From: an uncultured Elusimicrobia bacterium
GTDB taxonomy: Bacteria > Elusimicrobiota > Elusimicrobia > UBA1565 > UBA9628
DNA: 54,760 bases
Assembly: GCA_964358065.1 (NCBI GenBank)
Contig: CAYHNV010000002.1
Location: forward strand, 1-54,760
Direction of reading: 5' to 3'
Positions 25,340 through 32,678 of this stretch are shown in pieces. Positions within the stretch are counted from its first letter, which is position 1. Each line of letters begins with the position of its first letter. The notes below the pieces were generated by a model. It was given only the letters and a program-made list of their open reading frames with translations. It was not told where the DNA came from and ran no database searches. The translations under genes and the position numbers were made by a program.

Positions 25340-26183
25340 GTTCCGCCTCCAGACGTCCGATCAAGCCCCGCGCGTATGCCGTGTTCTTCTTGATCCACGC
25401 GACCTCGTCGCCTTCCGTCCCGCGCGCGATTTGGAGGACGAAGTGCCCTTTGTAGGCGCACGCGCGAAGTTCGGCGAATGTCGCGGCGAAATCGGCGCTG
25501 CCGGTGCCCAGCGGGACTGTGCCGCCGCCGCGTACGCGGTCCTTGATGTGGACGCAGGAAATCCAGCGGCCGACGGCCGCGAACTCGTCTTTCGCTCCGT
25601 AGCCCAGCGATGCTGAGTTCCCGATGTCGTGGTTGGCACCGACGGAGTCATGCCCGATTCTCTCGAGTAGGTCGCGGAAAGCGGCGGGTTCCAGCGAAGT
25701 TTCCAAGCACAGCTTGAGCCCGGCGCGGACGGCGAGTGGAGCGGCTTGGCGAAAGACGGAGACGACGGTTTCGAAGGCCGCGGCCGTGCCGATGGCGGAG
25801 GCGTCCACGAAGGGGATGTCCATGTGTTCCAAGCCCGCCGCGCCGGCGGCGGCGATCATTTGTTTCAGTGCGGTTTCGCGGGCGCGCTGTTCCGCGGCTG
25901 GGGCCGAATGGAGGGGGCGGGGAATGAACAAGTCGGCGCAGGCCGAGCGCACCTTCACGCCGGTACGGCGGGAGAGTCCGGCAATCTCAATACGGCCGGC
26001 GTCCGTCATCAGCGGGTTGCTCTCCCAGTCAGGGTCGTCGATAATCCATTCGATGCGTTGAAGCCCGCACTCGGCCGCACGCGCGAACTCTTCGCGCCAC
26101 TGGGTGGCGGGGAAGGACTGGAAGAGGCCGCCTTCCCGCGGCGACAAGCGGCCCTGCATGGTCGCCAGTTCGTGCCGGTTCAT
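25317..26183 (-). CDS. sugar-phosphate isomerase/epimerase (xylose-isomerase-like TIM barrel)
   Basis: Start MNRHELATMQGRLSP at 26183 (ATGA overlap). IEWIID...LETS...HDIGN...HIKD resembles the metal-ligand pattern of the AP_endonuc_2 family. Confidence 0.65.
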   Translation of the reverse strand: MNRHELATMQGRLSPREGGLFQSFPATQWREEFARAAECGLQRIEWIIDDPDWESNPLMTDAGRIEIAGLSRRTGVKVRSACADLFIPRPLHSAPAAEQRARETALKQMIAAAGAAGLEHMDIPFVDASAIGTAAAFETVVSVFRQAAPLAVRAGLKLCLETSLEPAAFRDLLERIGHDSVGANHDIGNSASLGYGAKDEFAAVGRWISCVHIKDRVRGGGTVPLGTGSADFAATFAELRACAYKGHFVLQIARGTEGDEVAWIKKNTAYARGLIGRLEAEHGSRAQG

Positions 26184-26644
26184 TTGGCGACCATCTCCAC
26201 GAGTTCGATGATGGTGCCGTCCGGGTCGTGCGCGTAGGCGACCTTCGTCCTGCCGTCGGGCGAGAGGATGGGGAGATTGTTGACCCTGAGGCCGCATCGC
26301 GTGATTTCCATACACAGCGCCGAGACGTTTGGTACGGTGAACGCCACGTGCGACGCACCCACGTCGTTGGAGCGCCGTTGCTTGGGCGCGGAGCGGGGAT
26401 GGGAGAGGTACTGCAGAAGTTCAACCAGGCCGCCGCCGGGAGCTTTGAGCTTCACCCACTTGATGCGCGCGCCCCTGAGCCCGACCACGGTGTCGATGTA
26501 GGGCCCGCTTTCCGTCATGGTTCGCCAGGGCTTGAGGCCAAGTAGATCGCGGTAGAATCCGAGAGAACGCGCCAAATCCGTCACGACGATGCCGGTGTGG
26601 CGCAACGCCGTGACTCCTAGCGCCTGACGGCGGTTGCGAGACAT
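26180..26644 (-). CDS. VOC/glyoxalase-family protein
   Basis: LRHTGIVVTDLARSLGFYRDLLGL and HVAFTV...DPDGTIIELVE. The start could instead be GTG at 26614. Confidence 0.75.
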   Translation of the reverse strand: MSRNRRQALGVTALRHTGIVVTDLARSLGFYRDLLGLKPWRTMTESGPYIDTVVGLRGARIKWVKLKAPGGGLVELLQYLSHPRSAPKQRRSNDVGASHVAFTVPNVSALCMEITRCGLRVNNLPILSPDGRTKVAYAHDPDGTIIELVEMVAK

Positions 26645-28008
26645 TCGGCCAGGGCCTCCTCGACGACATCGATGCCTTCCATCAGGGCGCTCTCGGAGAT
26701 GGTGAGGGGCGGCCCCATCTTAATGGAGCCCACGCCTGTGCGGATGAGCAGCAGTCCTTTGTTGACGGCCGCCTCCGTGACGCGGTCGCCCAGGTTCACG
26801 TCCAATTCTCCCGGCTTGTCGCCGGCTAAAAGCAGACCCCATAGCAGGCCGTGGCCGAAGACGTGGGCGACCGCAGCAGGGAAGCGCTTCTGGATGCGTT
26901 CTAGCCGCGCACGGACTTGCGGCTCGAGCCCGGCTGCGCGTTCGGGGAGGCGCTCGTCATGCAGGACTTCGAGCGTGGCGGCACCGGCCGCGGCGCATAG
27001 AGGATTTCCCGAGTGCGTGCTGTTGAGCGAGGGGTCTAAGTTGAGTATTTCCGCGCGGGAGAGCACGGCCGAGAGGGGCACGCCCGAGCTGATGCCTTTG
27101 CCGCAGCAGATGATATCGGCCTTGACCCCGAAGTGTTCGTGCGCGAACATTTTTCCGGTGCGCCCGAAACCGGACTGGACTTCGTCGAAGCACAGCAGGG
27201 CCTGGTGCTTGTCAGCCCAACGGCGCACGGCCGACACGTAATCCTTCGGGTAGAAAAGCGCGGCCCAGCCCTGGTAGGGTTCCATCAGGAAACCCGCGAT
27301 GTCGTTGGCCTGAATGTCGGAGGTCAGCAGGACCTTCATGTCTTGCTCGAAACGTTCCGCGCCTGATGACTTTCCGTTGGCGTCCCAGGGATACGGGAAC
27401 GGGAGGTGGTGGATGTTTGGGTCGAGCGTACCGATCCAGGCCTTGGCTTCGGCGCGACCGGCCATGGTCTGGGCGCCGAGCGTCTTGCCGTGGAAGGAGT
27501 TGGTCCAGCAGATCATCTTGAGCTTCGTGCTGGAGATCGTTCGGCCGCGTAGGCGGCACAGCTTGAGCGCGCACTCGGTGGTTTCCGCGCCCGTCGAGAG
27601 CAGTAAAGCCTTCTCAATCCCGGGCGGAGCGGCTTCAACGAGCAGGCGGACCAGCTTGGCGCGCACGGCGGTGGGAAAATAGTAGCTGTGGACCAACTTG
27701 CCGTCGATCATGTCGCGCATCGCTTTAAGGACATGCGGATGCGAGTGGCCGGTGTTGGTCACGAAAATACCGGAGGTGAAGTCGATCCAGCGGTTGCCCC
27801 ACGCGTCGAAGACAGAGTGGCCCTCCGCGCGGTCCCACACCACGGGCAGTTGGTCCCAGGTCATGGAGGCGGGCTCGTATTTGGAGAGCTCCTTAAGGAT
27901 GGGCAGCGCCTGCGGCGGCGGCTGCGGGGTCACGATGCGGCGGTGGCGCGTCTCGACGCGCGGCACCGAAACGGGAGTGAGGCGCGCGGGGGGGGGATTG
28001 TCGGCCAT
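26617..28008 (-). CDS. class-III (Aminotran_3) PLP-dependent aminotransferase
   Basis: Start MADNPPP at 28008 (TAATG overlap). NTGHSHPHV, FDEVQSGFGRTGKMFA, and the PLP Lys in CCGKGISSG. Confidence 0.85.
   Translation of the reverse strand: MADNPPPARLTPVSVPRVETRHRRIVTPQPPPQALPILKELSKYEPASMTWDQLPVVWDRAEGHSVFDAWGNRWIDFTSGIFVTNTGHSHPHVLKAMRDMIDGKLVHSYYFPTAVRAKLVRLLVEAAPPGIEKALLLSTGAETTECALKLCRLRGRTISSTKLKMICWTNSFHGKTLGAQTMAGRAEAKAWIGTLDPNIHHLPFPYPWDANGKSSGAERFEQDMKVLLTSDIQANDIAGFLMEPYQGWAALFYPKDYVSAVRRWADKHQALLCFDEVQSGFGRTGKMFAHEHFGVKADIICCGKGISSGVPLSAVLSRAEILNLDPSLNSTHSGNPLCAAAGAATLEVLHDERLPERAAGLEPQVRARLERIQKRFPAAVAHVFGHGLLWGLLLAGDKPGELDVNLGDRVTEAAVNKGLLLIRTGVGSIKMGPPLTISESALMEGIDVVEEALAECLATAVRR
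27988..27996 (-). repeat. homopolymeric C9 (G9 on the + strand) in codons 5-7 of the aminotransferase gene
   Basis: Counted directly: ggcgcgcGGGGGGGGGattg. It encodes the PPP of MADNPPPARL. It is the longest homopolymer I found in the window. Confidence 0.9.
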
Positions 28009-28673
28009 TAGTCCAGGCTCCCATGGCGTTCGATGAGTCTCAGCATGATCGCTTCGACTGCCCAAAATTGCGTCACGTTATCGATCTCATAGTTGGCATG
28101 ATCGGGGATGACCATCGTCTCGCGCTTGGCGCCGTACCAGTGCCCTTCAGCGAGATGCGGAGTTTTATGGACATACACATTGCCGTCGTCGTAAAACCAG
28201 CCCTTCATTTTTTGACGGGGGACATTATCCATGGTGCCCCACTCGTACTGGTAAGTCATGAAGCCTGTGGCGAGCGTGTCGACGCCAGTTGCGAAGAAGC
28301 GCTCGATTGCCGAGTCGATGATGCCGCCGATGCGGATGGGGGAGGTCGGTTGAAGGAGGACCAAGGCCTCGGGCTTCTCCTGGCGGACGATGTGCTGGAG
28401 CACGGCGACCGTGGTGGCGCCGTCGTCGGCCAATTCTTTCGGGCGCCACAGCACCTCGGCACCGGCTTTCGTGGACACTGCGGCGATCTCGGCGTCCTCG
28501 GTGGAAACGACGAACCGGTCCAGTCGCCTGGAACGCAGGGCCGCCTCGATGGACCAGACGATCAGCGGCTTGCCGGCGATCGTCTTCAGATTTTTACGCG
28601 GGATACCTTTTGAGCCGCCGCGCGCGGGGATGACTCCGAGAATCATGAGACCCTCACTTTTTTGCCGTCCCAA
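28008..28673 (-). CDS. acylneuraminate (NeuA/SpsF-type) cytidylyltransferase family protein
   Basis: GVIPARGGSKGIPRKNLK...GKPLI. The start is either 28673 or, more likely, MILGVIP at 28646. Confidence 0.8.
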   Translation of the reverse strand: MGRQKSEGLMILGVIPARGGSKGIPRKNLKTIAGKPLIVWSIEAALRSRRLDRFVVSTEDAEIAAVSTKAGAEVLWRPKELADDGATTVAVLQHIVRQEKPEALVLLQPTSPIRIGGIIDSAIERFFATGVDTLATGFMTYQYEWGTMDNVPRQKMKGWFYDDGNVYVHKTPHLAEGHWYGAKRETMVIPDHANYEIDNVTQFWAVEAIMLRLIERHGSLD

Positions 28674-29361
28674 GCAGCATCTGTTCTTTGGAGAAGCGGA
28701 TCCAGGTGTTGACCGAGTCGGGCCAAGGCGCGCGGTCCCAGGGGCGATAAGGCAGCGGGATGAGGGCCGTGAGCCAAGCCAGAGGCTTGAGGATCGGCCA
28801 AGCCCAGAGGGCGGGGAGTTGATGTAAGTAATCTACCGATACATCGCGAAAACCTGCCAAAGTCATCGCGTCCGAGAGCGCGTTGGCGCCGAAAGGCTTG
28901 ATGTGTCCTAGATCCTCAAAGAATATTTTTTGTGTGTGCCGCCAGCTGGGAGTCATCAGCACGACCGTGCCGCCGGGCTTGAGCACGCGCAGGCATTCCG
29001 CGATCATGGCTTCCGGCCGATGCAGATGCTCGACGACCGATTTGGAGAAGACGTAATCGAAGCTGGCGTCGGGAAACGGGAACGCCTGCCAATCAAGGTT
29101 GAGGGTCTTGATCTCGCAGTCGGCGGCGAAGCCGGCGGAGCTGGCGGCGGAATCGACGCCGACGCCGGAAAATCCCAGCCGCACGAATTCCTGCAGGTAC
29201 TCGCCCCGGCCGCACCCGACGTCGAGCAGACGCCCAGGCCGCCCATAGACGGTCTCCGCCAGGCGTCGGGTCAGCCTGGCCGGGTAGATCGTCTTGGGAA
29301 GGCGGCCCAAGGCATAGGTGACTTGGAGATAGTCGGGTTTTCCGGGGGTGTCTGCCTTCAT
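28654..29361 (-). CDS. class I SAM-dependent methyltransferase
   Basis: LLDVGCGRGEYL and LKPGGTVVLMTP. ATGA overlap with the upstream HAD gene stop. Confidence 0.8.
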   Translation of the reverse strand: MKADTPGKPDYLQVTYALGRLPKTIYPARLTRRLAETVYGRPGRLLDVGCGRGEYLQEFVRLGFSGVGVDSAASSAGFAADCEIKTLNLDWQAFPFPDASFDYVFSKSVVEHLHRPEAMIAECLRVLKPGGTVVLMTPSWRHTQKIFFEDLGHIKPFGANALSDAMTLAGFRDVSVDYLHQLPALWAWPILKPLAWLTALIPLPYRPWDRAPWPDSVNTWIRFSKEQMLLGTAKK

Positions 29362-29663
29362 GGCGTTGCGAGCCAGTCCTTGATGTTGACGGCCTTGTCA
29401 TCGATGTAGAGGTCGGCGGTCGGCTTGCCGAAGTACAGTTCGTGGTAGCGTACGCCCCAGTCCCGCATCTGACGCTCGGTCGTCGCGCGCCAGTCGATGC
29501 CCGTCGTCGAGCCTCGGGCCGTGTAAAGCAGTACCCGGTGCTTGGCTTCGAAGAGCGTGTTGACGCGGGCGATGGTCGCCGGCACCGGCAGGGCGCTCTC
29601 GTAGTCGCCCTCCGTGTTGGTGCATAGAGTCCCGTCGATGTCGAAACAGTAAACCACGCTCAA
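29358..29663 (-). CDS. capless (C0) HAD-superfamily phosphatase, about 100 aa
   Basis: TTG at 29663 (TTGA overlap with the neuB-like stop) or GTG at 29657. All four HAD motifs are present: FDIDGTL, LYTAR, GKP, YIDDK. Confidence 0.65.
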   Translation of the reverse strand: MSVVYCFDIDGTLCTNTEGDYESALPVPATIARVNTLFEAKHRVLLYTARGSTTGIDWRATTERQMRDWGVRYHELYFGKPTADLYIDDKAVNIKDWLATP

Positions 29664-30613
29664 GGATTCTTGGGCTGCCAGTAGTAGCGGAGCTTCTTGG
29701 CGTTGGCCGTTTCGACGGGGCTGACCCGCTTGACACCGTCGCCCAAGGTTGCGTTGAGGGATCGCAGGTCGCGCAGCAGATATTCCAGGCCACGCGGTTC
29801 CAGGGAGGCGGACTGGTCGCTGCCGTACATGGAGCGGTTGAGCGTGATGTGGCGCTCGACGGACGTAGCGCCCAGCATGACCGCGATCAGAGGGCCGAGC
29901 AGGCCAACTTCGTGGCCCGAGTAGCCGATCGGGCACTTATAGCGCTCACGCAAGGTCTGGATACACAGGATGTTCAACTCCTCGTCCTTGGCCGGGTAGA
30001 CGGAGAGGCAGTGCATCAAGGTGAACGGGCACTTATGCTTCTTGAAGATCTCGACGGCTGCATCGATCTGGGCGAAGTCGCTCATTCCGGTGGAGATGTA
30101 GGTGTGGCGGCCTTCCTTGGCCACTTCTTCAATGAGCGGGATGTGAGTCAGCATCGGGGAAGCGATCTTGTTGAACGGGAGGTCATACTGCTGCAGGAAC
30201 TTCTGGGCGTCAACGTCCCATGCCGAAGCTGACCACTGGATGCCCAGTTGCTTGCAGTAGCGGGCGATTTCGTCGAACTGCTTCTTACCGAATTCCAGGC
30301 CCTCCTTCTGGTGTCGCGTCGTCGTGCCCCAAGGGCTTTCACGCGGAGTGTCCAGGACTTCCTTGGTGTAGACCTTGTCGAGGGTGCGCTTCTGGAACTT
30401 GACGGCGTCGCAGCCGGTCTTGTGGGCCACGTCGATCAGTTGCTTAGCGATCTCCATGTCTCCGTTGTGGTTGATGCCGATTTCGGCGATTATGAAGACG
30501 TGGCCGGGAATCTGAATCGGACCGCGAATCTCCAAGCCCTTGGGCGCGGAGGCGACACTATTGTTAGTCTGGCTCATCGGATTCTCCTTGGATTTCATGT
30601 TATCGTCCATCAC
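29660..30613 (-). CDS. NeuB-family PEP-condensing sugar-acid synthase lacking the C-terminal SAF domain
   Basis: FIIAEIGINHNGDMEIAKQLIDVAHKTGCDAVKFQKR and GYSGHE. The protein ends about 40 aa after the barrel (..LGDGVKRVSPVETANAKKLRYYWQPKNP). The start is ambiguous (30613, 30598 or 30577). Confidence 0.8.
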   Translation of the reverse strand: MMDDNMKSKENPMSQTNNSVASAPKGLEIRGPIQIPGHVFIIAEIGINHNGDMEIAKQLIDVAHKTGCDAVKFQKRTLDKVYTKEVLDTPRESPWGTTTRHQKEGLEFGKKQFDEIARYCKQLGIQWSASAWDVDAQKFLQQYDLPFNKIASPMLTHIPLIEEVAKEGRHTYISTGMSDFAQIDAAVEIFKKHKCPFTLMHCLSVYPAKDEELNILCIQTLRERYKCPIGYSGHEVGLLGPLIAVMLGATSVERHITLNRSMYGSDQSASLEPRGLEYLLRDLRSLNATLGDGVKRVSPVETANAKKLRYYWQPKNP

Positions 30614-32348
30614 GCAAGGTCGCCATCGCTTTGTCCGATGGGGTCAATGGCTTGGACTGGCGCTCCTGGACGATTCTGCGCAGAGACTTGTAGTCGATCG
30701 GGGGCGGGGCCGGGCGAAGTCTGCCCCGCAGGTGTTCCGCCAGATGGCTGACGAACGTGCGCCATGGAAGACGGGCCGATTCCTGCTTAAGAAGCCAAAG
30801 CCAGATGATAAGGCCGCCGATCGGGTAGCAATAGGCCGAGATGATGTGATATTTGAGGTTGCGTTGGAGATTGAAGTAGCCGCCCTTGGCGTACTCGTTG
30901 CGGCGGAAGAGGTCGCGCAGCGGCGGTCGCGGGAGGTTGTTCACCTTTCGATAGTGATGCGTGACGTCAAGTATGATTTGCCGCCGCCAGGATTGGACGG
31001 CCAGGTAATCGGAGTTGGTAAAATTCAAGAACTTGGTCTCGTCGCTGGCGTTGATGTCGGAGATGTCGAGCAGATAGCGTTCCTCGTCGAGCAAAGTCTT
31101 GCCGATGAGCCCTTTGAGACGGGCGTACTCGTACACGGGCGTTCCCGGCAGGGCCTGGATGTAATTGATGCTCATCCGGTTGATGGGCGACTCGTCGAGA
31201 TGTTCCGTGCTGCGCTTCAGGAACTCAATCGTGTCGCGGATCGTCTTCTCGGTCTCGCCGGGCATGCCCAGTATCATCTGGTAGATCGTGTAGAGGCCTG
31301 CATCCTTGGTCCAGCGGACGGCGTTGTCGTTGTCGCTCTGCGTCGCCTTCTTCTCCATCATCTCGAGGATCTCGGCGCTGCCCGTCTCCATACCGTAATA
31401 GACGGCCACGCAGCCCGAATCCTTGAGCCGCCGCAGGATATCAGGATTGACCGTGCGCACGCGCACGCCGCCGACCTGGTAGAGCACGTCCTCGGCCTTC
31501 ATTGCCTCCGTGAACTCAAGGAGATGGCGCCGGTCGGAGCCGAAGTTCTCATCGGAGATCTGGAGGAAGCCGACGCTGTAGTTCTCTTTCAGATAGCGGA
31601 CCATCTTGATGAAATTGGGGATGTTGAAGGCGCGGAAGCCCTTGTTCCAGCGGTGGCAGAAGGTGCAGCGCGCCACGCAGCCCTTCGTCGTGATCAGCGT
31701 CGCCATCTTCTTGCCTTTTCGGTGCGCTTGTTGGCTGCGGGGATCGGCTGCGAAATCGGGGCGAGTCATCGGATCGTTGACGAAGTTCCCGATGAGGGAG
31801 TGCTTCTCAAGGATCAAATAGTCGGGCTCGAAAAGCTCGTCGGCCGCGATGGGTGCCTCGTGGCCGGTAAAAACCATCTCGCCCGAGGCGTCGAGGTAGG
31901 TGATGCCGGGGATCGACAGCAGGGTGGCTTCGTCCTTTGTGCGGCCGGGATGGGTCTTGAAATAGTTCATCAGGTTGCGGACGACGACATCTCCTTCCCC
32001 GATGACGCAGTAGTCGATTCCGACGAGGCGGTGCAGGATCTCGGCCGAGGCCGCCAGGTTTCCGCCGACGATGATGCGGGCGCCAGGGGCGACGCGCTGG
32101 ATCATGAGGACCAGCTTCTTCGTGTAGGCGTAGGCCGTAGAGACGACGGCGGAGATGCCGACGATGTCAGGTTGGGATTCGGCGAAGAATCGCTCGACAT
32201 CTTCGGGGCTCGGGCGCAGGCCGTCGATGTCGTAGAAGGTAGGGTCCCACCCGTCCTTGCGGAGGCTCTGGATGATAGCCATCGAGCCGAAGGGGGGGTA
32301 GTCGGTGGGAGTCGGGCGGATCGGTGTCGTGCAGATGACGATCTTCAT
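30600..32348 (-). CDS. B12-binding-domain radical SAM protein with a C-terminal hydrophobic extension
   Basis: N-terminal cobalamin-binding-like domain (DIVGISAVVSTAY..IIVGG). CxxxCxxC in TTKGCVARCTFCHRW. C-terminal helix YHIISAYCYPIGGLIIWLWLL. Confidence 0.8.
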   Translation of the reverse strand: MKIVICTTPIRPTPTDYPPFGSMAIIQSLRKDGWDPTFYDIDGLRPSPEDVERFFAESQPDIVGISAVVSTAYAYTKKLVLMIQRVAPGARIIVGGNLAASAEILHRLVGIDYCVIGEGDVVVRNLMNYFKTHPGRTKDEATLLSIPGITYLDASGEMVFTGHEAPIAADELFEPDYLILEKHSLIGNFVNDPMTRPDFAADPRSQQAHRKGKKMATLITTKGCVARCTFCHRWNKGFRAFNIPNFIKMVRYLKENYSVGFLQISDENFGSDRRHLLEFTEAMKAEDVLYQVGGVRVRTVNPDILRRLKDSGCVAVYYGMETGSAEILEMMEKKATQSDNDNAVRWTKDAGLYTIYQMILGMPGETEKTIRDTIEFLKRSTEHLDESPINRMSINYIQALPGTPVYEYARLKGLIGKTLLDEERYLLDISDINASDETKFLNFTNSDYLAVQSWRRQIILDVTHHYRKVNNLPRPPLRDLFRRNEYAKGGYFNLQRNLKYHIISAYCYPIGGLIIWLWLLKQESARLPWRTFVSHLAEHLRGRLRPAPPPIDYKSLRRIVQERQSKPLTPSDKAMATLRDGR

Positions 32349-32620
32349 CGGGGGCGGTGTGCTCCGGTCGCGGACTCAATGACCGCCCAAAGCGTGTCGG
32401 CGCGGCCGGCGCGCACCAAGGATTCTCGGTAGGCCAGGTCCACTGCCGGGGTGAAGACGTCCTTGTAGAAGCCCATGCCGCCCGGCTTGCCTGTCTCAAG
32501 CCAGCGCAGGTGATTGGAAAGATCGTAGCGCTGTATCCCGGTGACTTCGGCCTTGGCGCCGGCGACCAGCGCCGTCCGCGTCAGGAAGCATGCCGTTTGG
32601 GTGGGAACCTTTTTCAGCAA
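32345..32620 (-). pseudogene. 5'-truncated remnant of a class-I methyltransferase (paralog of 20367..21221)
   Basis: Begins at TTG. IQRYDLSNHLRWLETGKPGG...DLAYRESLVRAGRADTLWAVIE aligns by eye with FQRYPLSNHLYWLSCGLPGG...TAAYAASLAAAGKCDTLIAHLE. There is no SAM-binding Rossmann part. Confidence 0.6.
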
Positions 32621-32678
32621 GCCGGTATTATACCACTGTCGAGGGCAAGCCCTGGGGTCGCTGTCGCGGTCATTACGT

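Noticed and set aside
30540-32432. 630-aa plus-strand ORF opposite the radical SAM gene (similarly 34404..35933, 1283..2569, 49486..50862, 51368..52630, 52329..53678)
   Set aside because: These are antisense to ORFs with unambiguous catalytic motifs, and their translations are compositionally biased without domain signatures.
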